Below are positions 1-13,800 of a stretch of 64,000 bases of DNA, in pieces. Source of the stretch: Proteromonas lacertae (taxonomy: Eukaryota); contig NGBS01000618.1 in the NCBI GenBank assembly GCA_002245135.1, forward strand, positions 1-64,000, given 5' to 3'. The translations under genes and the position numbers were made by a program. The notes under the pieces are model-generated. The model searched no databases. It was not told the origin of the DNA and worked only from the letters and a program-made list of their open reading frames with translations. How positions within the stretch are numbered: the first letter of the stretch is position 1; the number at the start of each line of letters is the position of its first letter.

Positions 1-400
1 ACATAATTGATCCTTTCTCACATTCAGGTAATGATCTATTCATATAGTTATTCGTAATAATTAGAGTAATTATACAATGCAGAAAATACATAGCCGTCAT
101 TAATTTGAATAAGAAGACCATATTCTTGAACTTCAGTTTCATTTGGATCTTTCTTTACAGAGGCACATAACTAAGGAAGAATTGGAGATAGATATACTGT
201 ACTGAAATCAGCTGGATTAACATAAGCAAAATTAGTCATTCTAAAGATATAGATATAATCAAATAGCAATACGCAAGTTTGTTGCTCGTTAAACATTTTA
301 AAGTAACCACTGACTATTAATGAGTTTTCAAGAAAGATATAAAACAAATCAATCTGGTCAATGAAAATATTTTTGGCTTACTCACATATTTATAACGCAT
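1..400 (-). CDS. NSF: Vesicle-fusing ATPase NSF/Sec18, 5' part (runs off the window start; multi-exon)
   Basis: Manual splicing of three to four short GT-AG introns on the minus strand gives ...KCLTSNKLAMTNFAYVNPADFSTLC...LLIQINDGYVFSALSLPECEKGSIM. This resembles the NSF N-domain start (LxxTNxAxVxxxDF...YxF...GxI). The start codon is uncertain and the AAA domains lie outside the window. Confidence 0.6.
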
Positions 401-449
401 CTTTTTTTAATTATCTGACTATATCCATCACATAACCATTTTGAGTATT

Positions 450-1678
450 ATGGTTGTAAACATTCAACTCTAAGGCCAGGAGATATTAAACTACCAAGAA
501 TGAAAAGAGAACCTCGTCCGATTATTAATCCACCTCAGAATATTAACAATTTAAATTTTACTTGTGTAGATAAGTCTAATTGTACAAATTATATTGAGCC
601 AGGGTATATATTTATATATTTTCAGATAATTTTCAATTTTTAGATCTTTATATTTTCAAATTTTTCATATAAGCAACTGTTTTAATTCTCATATATACGT
701 TTGTGATGCTACAGCAGCTGTATATATAGATCAGTGTAAAGATTGTATTATTTTGATTGGAGCTTGTGAAGGTGATGTCCTAATTCGTAATTGTTCAATT
801 GCATATTCATTATTACTACTAGTATATTAAGAACAAGAGATGTTGAGAATTGTAGAATTCTACTGTTTTGTGAATCATCTCCAATAATAGAAAAAACTAC
901 TAATATTCAAATAGGTTGTAATACTATAGGATATGAAGAATATAATAGTATATTTACTATATAATATAATAATATGTAGATCAAATTGAATTATGTCGGT
1001 TACATCTATGGAATAACAATGGAGTGAAATAAAAGATTATACACCAGGTGTACAACATTGGCATTTTTTAGAAAGAGTATTAATAGCTTATATATATATA
1101 ATAGGATGATGATTATTTACAATCAAATCATTCCTGATGAAGAATAAGAAGTTGATTAAATATATAAATAACAACATAATACCAGTAACCTATGGATTAA
1201 CATACCCATCAGACAATAGTAATAATGAATTCTTGTTGTTTATATCCAAGGATTATGAATGTATTGCATTTCAAGTGATTGATAAGATTAATAATTATGA
1301 ATATAATAATAGTTGGAATAACAAAACAACGTCAATCACTTCATCTCCAACTAGATCAAGAGTATCATCATCAAATAAAAATTCAACGTATATATATGTT
1401 TTAAGAACATTTTCATTGTTATTTAATACACAAATGTCAAAATATATGTTTCATAAAAATAAAAGTTTCATGAATAGTATTGATAATAGTATATAATAAT
1501 AATAATAATAATAATATATAGAAATGTGATTATAATCCATTGTTATGGTGATAATTCTTTACATCAAATTGGTAATTTAATGAAGGAATATAAACATGAT
1601 TGTTATTATATTCCTAAAAGTTATAAAGAAGGGATGGAAGATATAAAGACTATTTTTACTATATGGAGTGAGAATTAA
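450..1678 (+). CDS. RP2: RP2/XRP2-like protein (TBCC beta-helix, ARL3 GAP); frameshifted in this assembly
   Basis: Spliced pieces read FHISNCFNSHIYVCDATAAVYIDQCKDCIILIGACEGDVLIRNC, LRTRDVENCRILLFCESSPIIEKTTNIQIGC, WNNxWSEIKDYTPG and IIPVTYG, matching RP2 motifs in order, including the catalytic Arg region. Restoring one G at 450-453 gives the MGC acylation N-terminus. Several 1-nt indels are present. Confidence 0.8.
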
Positions 1679-1864
1679 TGTAATTATAAATAGTACAGTG
1701 TAATTTAATTGTTTCATATTGTATATAATATGTTATATAAATAAATCATTAATAAACAATATCATGTATATCTCATAACCAAATCTGTAATTTTGTGTAA
1801 TTATGACATTCTGTTTGACACATTTATTACATTCTCAAAAATCTCATCTGCTGTAAAGACTGTC

Positions 1865-4800
1865 ATGCCTTGTAACAAAAACAAGAAGTCTAGTGAACAT
1901 ATAGACCAAGAAATTATTAAAACCAAAAGTTCAATACAGCGACGGTAATATAGTTGTGGTTAGAGTAAATAGATTAATTGATTATATAGAATTTATGAAA
2001 ATATTGAGAGATAAAATCAATATTGTATCATTAGATGGATGTAAAATTAAAGTAGCTGACTTAATGTTGTACAAAATGAAAAATGATAAAGAATGTTATA
2101 TAACAGATATGAATGGTATATTATCTTCACAAGACAAATTTTTCCTTGCAAAAAGGAAAAAGAAACAAAGCGGAACTTTCGATTTTAGTAAATATGGTGA
2201 AGTAAACTATTTAATTCGAATAGTAAATAGTTTTAAAACAGACTTTGATTCAAATACCTTAGAAAATTGGATGAAATCGGCAAAGTTGTTTATTGATCGG
2301 TATTTGTATAAATGTATAATTGTAAGTGAAAATAATCCCAATCTTACATCATATTATCTCGCGCTCTTCTATATATTCTACAATGAATATAATTCAAACA
2401 GAATATATTGTGATATACTTCGAATTTTTAAATCTTTTGATAATTGTAAGAATATAATCACTTCATATACAATTAGTTTATGTGAAAAATATTCTAATGA
2501 GATATACGTTATAGGGATTGGTAATGATAAGGCAATAGATGATAATTTACTCCATTCTATTTGTTTTATTTCAGTATATCAAACAGATATAAAAAAGAAA
2601 TGGGATTATAATTCAATTAAAACAATCATAGATAAATTAACTCCACTTAAACATGTTTTATGTTCAGAATTACACACATATTACAGTATAATAAAGAATT
2701 ATTTAATATTTTATGATTCTGATATTAATTTGATTGAACAGCTTCCTATAATTCCAACAAATGAAGAAATACATTGCAATGAAGATTTGATATATTCTAT
2801 GCTTAGAGAGAATAAATTAAAAGACTATAACAGTGTTAGAGAATATTTAATAACTCATTATTTGTTATTGAGAGCAGATGTGTTATTGCCATTACAACAA
2901 ACTGTAACTGTATTATTTATATTATGAAATTTATATATATATATATATATGAATAGATTGCCTCTCTTTCAAAAGTAGATGGTAAGAATAGAATGTTTTG
3001 CTTCTCTTACAAGAACGTCAAGTGTAAATCATTTAATTTTGATAGTAGGAAAGGGTTGCTATATGAAATAGAGTTTGATAAACCATATGCTAAACTGAAA
3101 TGGAAATTTTCGTATATATATTTTCTAATTTGTAAATTATTTTTAGAAAACGATTAAAATATGGTGCTTTATTATGTTTAAGTAATGATAACTTTAAAAC
3201 ACTAATATGGTGTACTGTTGAAGATAGAAAAGAGTTGGAAAATGAAAAAGATAATAATAGCAAATCAAAAATTACAATAAAACTGTTAAATACAGGTGAA
3301 TCATTTTGTAGAATGTTGGATTATAAAATATTATATCAAATGGCAGAATCTCCAGAGATATTTTTTGAAGCATACGTATATATATTATTAATATAATTGA
3401 ATAGAAATATACTCTGATGTCTTTAAGCAAAAAATTATTAAATGCAGAATATAAATTACCATTCAAATCCAATTTAGTTGATGGAAAGAAGAAAATATCT
3501 TATCCATCATATATTAAACCATCAACTTCATATAAAATGAAATCTGTGTTTCCTGATTATGAACATCTTAGTATACTTGATAAATGGCCTAGTTATGAAG
3601 AATGCAAAAGTTTAGATGATAGTCAACTAGAAGCATTGAAGAACATGTTAACGAAAGAAATCAGTCTAGTTCAAGTATAATAGTATTAATGATATATTTA
3701 TATAGGGACCTCCAGGAACAGGTAAAACATACGTTGGTTCATTAGCGGTAAAAATTTTATTAGATAATCATAAATATAAAAGTCCCATTTTAATAGTTTG
3801 TTATACAAATCATGCACTGGATCAATTTCTTGAAACATTTACTGATGTGTTAAAACCAGGAGAATTAGTAAGAATAGGAGGTAGATGTAAATCAGAAAGA
3901 CTAGAAGAATATTCATATTATAATTCGAGTAAAAGGAATAGATACCGTTTAGACAGAGATTATGAAGAAATGAATAGACGTGTATTAAATATAAATCATT
4001 CATTTTGCTTATAGGTTTGTAAATTATCGTCTGAATTACATCAAACTTTTTCTGAATATAAGAAGAAAGCAGAAAAACCAATTAGATTTAGCGATTTATG
4101 TGATGCAGAAGTTATAAATAAAGAAGAGAAATACAATTTGAATGAACTAAAGCCACTTGATCCTCTTCCATATATCACTGCAGAAGAATTTAATAGAATT
4201 TATAAATCAAGCAAAGATATGCCATTAAATGATTTTATTGATAAAGAAAAGATGAGTTTATATAATGATCCTCTATACAAGTTCACTCATCAGGATGAGT
4301 TTTCAAAAAATAAGCTGATTAGAGAAAAAGAAGAAAAGAAGAAGAAAATGAATGAAATGTTTATTAATTGGTTCAACCAAGTACATTACTCAGAATATGA
4401 AATATCTATTGATATAAATGATGAGATCAAATTACACAAAGTTGATGAATTCTATAAGATTTATACAAAATACATTCCAAAATATGTAGAGATTTATAGA
4501 AAACACTTTGATCAATATATGTCAGTAGAAATAAAGAGTGGAATATGGCTATTAGAGCATAATGATAGAATTAATTTGAGCAACAAATGGATAAATAATT
4601 ATTATCATCAACAAAATGGAGATAAATTTAAGCAATTTGAAATCTATAAAGAATTATCAGAAAAATCGGAGATGATTAACTGTGAAATAGAAAGACAAAG
4701 ATTAAGAAATACAAAAATGATAGGAATGACAACTACTGGAGCAGCTAAATTAATAGATACCATTAATGAGTTAGGAATTGAAGTGATAGTAATAGAAGAA

Positions 4801-7800
4801 GCAGGAGAAGTATTAGAAGCTCACACTTTATCATTGTTGTGTGAATCATTGAAACATTTGATATTGATTGGAGATCATAAACAATTAAGACCTTCAGTAG
4901 TAAATTTCAATTTAGAGAATAAATATAATTTAACTAGATCGTTGTTTGAAAGATTAGTATTAAATGGAGTTGATTCAGTAATGTTAAAGACTCAAAGAAG
5001 AATGAGACCTGAAATATCTGACTTGATTAGATGTCCATCTTTATATCCAGACTTGAAAGATCATGAAAGTACCTTAAATCGAAGTAATATTCGTGGTTTA
5101 GTTTATAATGTTTATTTCTTTGATCATAATGCTCTAGAACCTGCATTTTATGAACAAAATGAAGAAAGTCATAGCAAAATAAATCCATATGAATGTAAAA
5201 TAATAATTCATTTTATGAAGTATTTACTTCAAGTAGGATATAACCCAGAACAAATAACAGTGTTAAGTTTCTATTTAGGTCAATGTCAATTAATATATGA
5301 AGAATGTAGTAAATTGTTAGGAATACAAACTTCAAAGAAATTTCGAATAATTGCTGTTGACAATTTCCAAGGTGAAGAAAATGATATTATAATTTTCAGT
5401 GCAGTTCGAAGTAATTTAAATAACAAAATAGGATTTTGTAGAGTAGAAAATCGAGTGAATGTTGCTTTATCTCGAGCTAAGAATGGTTTATTTATGTTTG
5501 GAAATATGGATTGTTTAATAAATGGAAGTCATAATCGAAGTGTATTTCCTGAAACGAATTTATGGGATTTTATAAAAGAAACATTGACTAAAAGAGATAT
5601 GATAGGAAAAAGTTTGCCATTAGTATGTCCAAATCACAACGATAGATTTTATTCAATTACAAAAGTTGAAGATTTTAAGAGATATTGTCCAACAGGAACA
5701 TGTGGTCAAATTTGTAAAAGAAGAATGAAATGTGGTCATAGTTGTAAATTGCGTTGTCATTTTGATGAATGTGAAATTCATTGTCAAGAACAATGTATGG
5801 AAATATTACCATGTGGTCATCAATGCAAAGGAAGATGTTCAAAATGTAAAAAGAATGAACTACATAGAAATTGTTTAGAATCATGTGAAAGAAATTTAAA
5901 ATGTGGACATAGATGTCAGAATAAATGTTCAGAAGAATGTACAAGTAAATGTATGGAAATGATAGATGTAACTCTTCCATGTGAACATAATAAGAGAATA
6001 CACTGTTATGAACAATACAATTTAGATATAATAAAATGTTTAAAGGTATATTTAAGTATATGAATATAATAAACATAGAATTGTAATAGGCAAATGAATT
6101 GTAATCATCAATGTAAAGGTAAATGCTATGAATGTAAAAATGGTCATATTGCTTGTTTAGAACCATGTGATAAAATGCTTTTATGTGGACATAAATGTTA
6201 TAATAAATGTTCAGAAGAATGTACAAGTAAATGTATGGAAATGATATATGTAACTTTTCCATGTGAACATAATAAGAGAATACACTGTTATGAACAATAC
6301 AATTTAGATATAATAAAATGTTTAAAGGTATATTTAAGTATATGAATATAATAAACATAGAATTGTAATAGGCAAATGAATTGTAATCATCAATGTAAAG
6401 GTAAATGCTATGAATGTAAAAATGGTCATATTGCTTGTTTAGAACCATGTGAAAGAAATTTAAAATGTGGACATAGATGTCAGAATAAATGTGGTGAAAA
6501 ATGTACAAGTAAATGTATGGAAATAGTAGATGTAACTCTTCCATGTGAACATAATAAGAGAATACACTGTTATGAACAATACAATTTAGATATAATAAAA
6601 TGTTTAAAGGTATATTTAAGTATATGAATATAATAAACATAGAATTGTAATAGGCAAATGAATTGTAATCATCAATGTAAAGGTAAATGCTATGAATGTA
6701 AAAATGGTCATATTGCTTGTTTAGAACCATGTGAAAGAAATTTAAAATGTGGACATAGATGTCAGAATAAATGTGGTGAAAAATGTACAAGTAAATGTAT
6801 GGAAATAGTAGATGTAACTCTTCCATGTGAACATAATAAGAGAATACACTGTTATGAACAATACAATTTAGATATAATAAAATGTTTAAAGGTATATTTA
6901 AGTATATGAATATAATAAACATAGAATTGTAATAGGCAAATGAATTGTAATCATCAATGTAAAGGTAAATGCTATGAATGTAAAAATGGTCATATTGCTT
7001 GTTTAGAACCATGTGAAAGAAATTTAAAATGTGGACATAGATGTCAGAATAAATGTGGTGAAAAATGTACAAGTAAATGTATGGAAATGATAGATGTAAC
7101 TCTTCCATGTGAACATAATAAGAGAATACACTGTTATGAACAATACAATTTAGATATAATAAAATGTTTAAAGGTATATTTAAGTATATGAATATAATAA
7201 ACATAGAATTGTAATAGGCAAATGAATTGTAATCATCAATGTAAAGGTAAATGCTATGAATGTAAAAATGGTCATATTGCTTGTTTAGAACCATGTGATA
7301 AAATGCTTTTATGTGGACATAAATGTTATAATAAATGTTCAGAAGAATGTACAAGTAAATGTATGGAAATGATATATGTAACTTTTCCATGTGAACATAA
7401 TAAGAGAATACACTGTTATGAACAATACAATTTAGATATAATAAAATGTTTAAAGGTATATTTAAGTATATGAATATAATAAACATAGAATTGTAATAGG
7501 CAAATGAATTGTAATCATCAATGTAAAGGTAAATGCTATGAATGTAAAAATGGTCATATTGCTTGTTTAGAACCATGTGAAAGAAATTTAAAATGTGGAC
7601 ATAGATGTCAGAATAAATGTGGTGAAAAATGTACAAGTAAATGTATGGAAATAGTAGATGTAACTCTTCCATGTGAACATAATAAGAGAATACACTGTTA
7701 TGAACAATACAATTTAGATATAATAAAATGTTTAAAGGTATATTTAAGTATATGAATATAATAAACATAGAATTGTAATAGGCAAATGAATTGTAATCAT

Positions 7801-10800
7801 CAATGTAAAGGTAAATGCTATGAATGTAAAAATGGTCATATTGCTTGTTTAGAACCATGTGATAAAATGCTTTTATGTGGACATAAATGTTATAATAAAT
7901 GTTCAGAAGAATGTACAAGTAAATGTATGGAAATGATATATGTAACTCTTCCATGTGAACATAATAAGAGAATACACTGTTATGAACAATACAATTTAGA
8001 TATAATAAAATGTAATGAAATTTGTGAAATATATTTACCATGTAATCATGTTGTAGAACGCTTCTGTTATGAAAATATAAACAAAAGTATATGTGAATGT
8101 AAACATCCTTGTGATATGTTATTAAAATGTGGACATGTTTGTAAAGGTACATGCTTTGAATGTAGAAATGGTCATATTAAATGTAGAGAAATTGTATATA
8201 AGAAAATTAAATGTGGGCATTTTAGAGAATATGAGTGTTTTATTTATAGAAAACATACTTTATTTTGTGGAGTATATTCTTTATTTATATAATCTTTAGT
8301 TTTTGTACAATTTTATTTCTAGTTTATCATATAAGTGTGAAAATCACTGTATGAAGATATTACCTTGCGGACATAATTGTCCTAATAAATGTTATGAACA
8401 TTGTCCATCAATTTGCAGGGTAGTTGAAGAAATAACCTTGCCTTGCAAACATTCAATCGAAGTAGAATGTAATGAAAAGTATAAAACATATATTTCACCA
8501 TGTAATATTGTGATGAGTAAAACATTATCATGTGGACATACAATACAGTATTTATGTTGTGAAAGAGACTCTAGAAAGTCATATTATTGTCCAAATCAAT
8601 GTGAAATCACATTAGATTGTGGTCATAGATGTAGAGGTATTTGTGGTGAGTGTGTTATGTGTAATAAACATAAGCTATGCAATGAACCATGTGATAAAAT
8701 GCTTTTATGTGGACATAAATGTTATAATAAATGTTCAGAAGAATGTACAAGTAAATGTATGGAAATGATATATGTAACTTTTCCATGTGAACATAATAAG
8801 AGAATACACTGTTATGAACAATACAATTTAGATATAATAAAATGTTTAAAGGTATATTTAAGTATATGAATATAATAAACATAGAATTGTAATAGGCAAA
8901 TGAATTGTAATCATCAATGTAAAGGTAAATGCTATGAATGTAAAAATGGTCATATTGCTTGTTTAGAACCATGTGATAAAATGCTTTTATGTGGACATAA
9001 ATGTTATAATAAATGTTCAGAAGAATGTACAAGTAAATGTATGGAAATGATATATGTAACTTTTCCATGTGAACATAATAAGAGAATACACTGTTATGAA
9101 CAATACAATTTAGATATAATAAAATGTTTAAAGGTATATTTAAGTATATGAATATAATAAACATAGAATTGTAATAGGCAAATGAATTGTAATCATCAAT
9201 GTAAAGGTAAATGCTATGAATGTAAAAATGGTCATATTGCTTGTTTAGAACCATGTGAAAGAAATTTAAAATGTGGACATAGATGTCAGAATAAATGTGG
9301 TGAAAAATGTACAAGTAAATGTATGGAAATAGTAGATGTAACTCTTCCATGTGAACATAATAAGAGAATACACTGTTATGAACAATACAATTTAGATATA
9401 ATAAAATGTTTAAAGGTATATTTAAGTATATGAATATAATAAACATAGAATTGTAATAGGCAAATGAATTGTAATCATCAATGTAAAGGTAAATGCTATG
9501 AATGTAAAAATGGTCATATTGCTTGTTTAGAACCATGTGAAAGAAATTTAAAATGTGGACATAGATGTCAGAATAAATGTGGTGAAAAATGTACAAGTAA
9601 ATGTATGGAAATAGATAGATGTAACTCTTCCATGTGAACATAATAAGAGAATACACTGTTATGAACAATACAATTTAGATATAATAAAATGTTTAAAGGT
9701 ATATTTAAGTATATGAATATAATAAACATAGAATTGTAATAGGCAAATGAATTGTAATCATCAATGTAAAGGTAAATGCTATGAATGTAAAAATGGTCAT
9801 ATTGCTTGTTTAGAACCATGTGATAAAATGCTTTTATGTGGACATAAATGTTATAATAAATGTTCAGAAGAATGTACAAGTAAATGTATGGAAATGATAT
9901 ATGTAACTTTTCCATGTGAACATAATAAGAGAATACACTGTTATGAACAATACAATTTAGATATAATAAAATGTTTAAAGGTATATTTAAGTATATGAAT
10001 ATAATAAACATAGAATTGTAATAGGCAAATGAATTGTAATCATCAATGTAAAGGTAAATGCTATGAATGTAAAAATGGTCATATTGCTTGTTTAGAACCA
10101 TGTGAAAGAAATTTAAAATGTGGACATAGATGTCAGAATAAATGTGGTGAAAAATGTACAAGTAAATGTATGGAAATAGTAGATGTAACTCTTCCATGTG
10201 AACATAATAAGAGAATACACTGTTATGAACAATACAATTTAGATATAATAAAATGTTTAAAGGTATATTTAAGTATATGAATATAATAAACATAGAATTG
10301 TAATAGGCAAATGAATTGTAATCATCAATGTAAAGGTAAATGCTATGAATGTAAAAATGGTCATATTGCTTGTTTAGAACCATGTGATAAAATGCTTTTA
10401 TGTGGACATAAATGTTATAATAAATGTTCAGAAGAATGTACAAGTAAATGTATGGAAATGATATATGTAACTCTTCCATGTGAACATAATAAGAGAATAC
10501 ACTGTTATGAACAATACAATTTAGATATAATAAAATGTAATGAAATTTGTGAAATATATTTACCATGTAATCATGTTGTAGAACGCTTCTGTTATGAAAA
10601 TATAAACAAAAGTATATGTGAATGTAAACATCCTTGTGATATGTTATTAAAATGTGGACATGTTTGTAAAGGTACATGCTTTGAATGTAGAAATGGTCAT
10701 ATTAAATGTAGAGAAATTGTATATAAGAAAATTAAATGTGGGCATTTTAGAGAATATGAGTGTTTTATTTATAGAAAACATACTTTATTTTGTGGAGTAT

Positions 10801-13800
10801 ATTCTTTATTTATATAATCTTTAGTTTTTGTACAATTTTATTTCTAGTTTATCATATAAGTGTGAAAATCACTGTATGAAGATATTACCTTGCGGACATA
10901 ATTGTCCTAATAAATGTTATGAACATTGTCCATCAATTTGCAGGGTAGTTGAAGAAATAACCTTGCCTTGCAAACATTCAATCGAAGTAGAATGTAATGA
11001 AAAGTATAAAACATATATTTCACCATGTAATATTGTGATGAGTAAAACATTATCATGTGGACATACAATACAGTATTTATGTTGTGAAAGAGACTCTAGA
11101 AAGTCATATTATTGTCCAAATCAATGTGAAATCACATTAGATTGTGGTCATAGATGTAGAGGTATTTGTGGTGAGTGTGTTATGTGTAATAAACATAAGC
11201 TATGCAATGAACCATGTGATAAAATGCTTTTATGTGGACATAAATGTTATAATAAATGTTCAGAAGAATGTACAAGTAAATGTATGGAAATGATATATGT
11301 AACTTTTCCATGTGAACATAATAAGAGAATACACTGTTATGAACAATACAATTTAGATATAATAAAATGTTTAAAGGTATATTTAAGTATATGAATATAA
11401 TAAACATAGAATTGTAATAGGCAAATGAATTGTAATCATCAATGTAAAGGTAAATGCTATGAATGTAAAAATGGTCATATTGCTTGTTTAGAACCATGTG
11501 ATAAAATGCTTTTATGTGGACATAAATGTTATAATAAATGTTCAGAAGAATGTACAAGTAAATGTATGGAAATGATATATGTAACTTTTCCATGTGAACA
11601 TAATAAGAGAATACACTGTTATGAACAATACAATTTAGATATAATAAAATGTTTAAAGGTATATTTAAGTATATGAATATAATAAACATAGAATTGTAAT
11701 AGGCAAATGAATTGTAATCATCAATGTAAAGGTAAATGCTATGAATGTAAAAATGGTCATATTGCTTGTTTAGAACCATGTGAAAGAAATTTAAAATGTG
11801 GACATAGATGTCAGAATAAATGTGGTGAAAAATGTACAAGTAAATGTATGGAAATAGTAGATGTAACTCTTCCATGTGAACATAATAAGAGAATACACTG
11901 TTATGAACAATACAATTTAGATATAATAAAATGTTTAAAGGTATATTTAAGTATATGAATATAATAAACATAGAATTGTAATAGGCAAATGAATTGTAAT
12001 CATCAATGTAAAGGTAAATGCTATGAATGTAAAAATGGTCATATTGCTTGTTTAGAACCATGTGAAAGAAATTTAAAATGTGGACATAGATGTCAGAATA
12101 AATGTGGTGAAAAATGTACAAGTAAATGTATGGAAATAGTAGATGTAACTCTTCCATGTGAACATAATAAGAGAATACACTGTTATGAACAATACAATTT
12201 AGATATAATAAAATGTTTAAAGGTATATTTAAGTATATGAATATAATAAACATAGAATTGTAATAGGCAAATGAATTGTAATCATCAATGTAAAGGTAAA
12301 TGCTATGAATGTAAAAATGGTCATATTGCTTGTTTAGAACCATGTGATAAAATGCTTTTATGTGGACATAAATGTTATAATAAATGTTCAGAAGAATGTA
12401 CAAGTAAATGTATGGAAATGATATATGTAACTTTTCCATGTGAACATAATAAGAGAATACACTGTTATGAACAATACAATTTAGATATAATAAAATGTTT
12501 AAAGGTATATTTAAGTATATGAATATAATAAACATAGAATTGTAATAGGCAAATGAATTGTAATCATCAATGTAAAGGTAAATGCTATGAATGTAAAAAT
12601 GGTCATATTGCTTGTTTAGAACCATGTGAAAGAAATTTAAAATGTGGACATAGATGTCAGAATAAATGTGGTGAAAAATGTACAAGTAAATGTATGGAAA
12701 TAGTAGATGTAACTCTTCCATGTGAACATAATAAGAGAATACACTGTTATGAACAATACAATTTAGATATAATAAAATGTTTAAAGGTATATTTAAGTAT
12801 ATGAATATAATAAACATAGAATTGTAATAGGCAAATGAATTGTAATCATCAATGTAAAGGTAAATGCTATGAATGTAAAAATGGTCATATTGCTTGTTTA
12901 GAACCATGTGATAAAATGCTTTTATGTGGACATAAATGTTATAATAAATGTTCAGAAGAATGTACAAGTAAATGTATGGAAATGATATATGTAACTCTTC
13001 CATGTGAACATAATAAGAGAATACACTGTTATGAACAATACAATTTAGATATAATAAAATGTAATGAAATTTGTGAAATATATTTACCATGTAATCATGT
13101 TGTAGAACGCTTCTGTTATGAAAATATAAACAAAAGTATATGTGAATGTAAACATCCTTGTGATATGTTATTAAAATGTGGACATGTTTGTAAAGGTACA
13201 TGCTTTGAATGTAGAAATGGTCATATTAAATGTAGAGAAATTGTATATAAGAAAATTAAATGTGGGCATTTTAGAGAATATGAGTGTTTTATTTATAGAA
13301 AACATACTTTATTTTGTGGAGTATATTCTTTATTTATATAATCTTTAGTTTTTGTACAATTTTATTTCTAGTTTATCATATAAGTGTGAAAATCACTGTA
13401 TGAAGATATTACCTTGCGGACATAATTGTCCTAATAAATGTTATGAACATTGTCCATCAATTTGCAGGGTAGTTGAAGAAATAACCTTGCCTTGCAAACA
13501 TTCAATCGAAGTAGAATGTAATGAAAAGTATAAAACATATATTTCACCATGTAATATTGTGATGAGTAAAACATTATCATGTGGACATACAATACAGTAT
13601 TTATGTTGTGAAAGAGACTCTAGAAAGTCATATTATTGTCCAAATCAATGTGAAATCACATTAGATTGTGGTCATAGATGTAGAGGTATTTGTGGTGAGT
13701 GTGTTATGTGTAATAAACATAAGCTATGCAATGAACCATGTGATAAAATGCTTTTATGTGGACATAAATGTTATAATAAATGTTCAGAAGAATGTACAAG

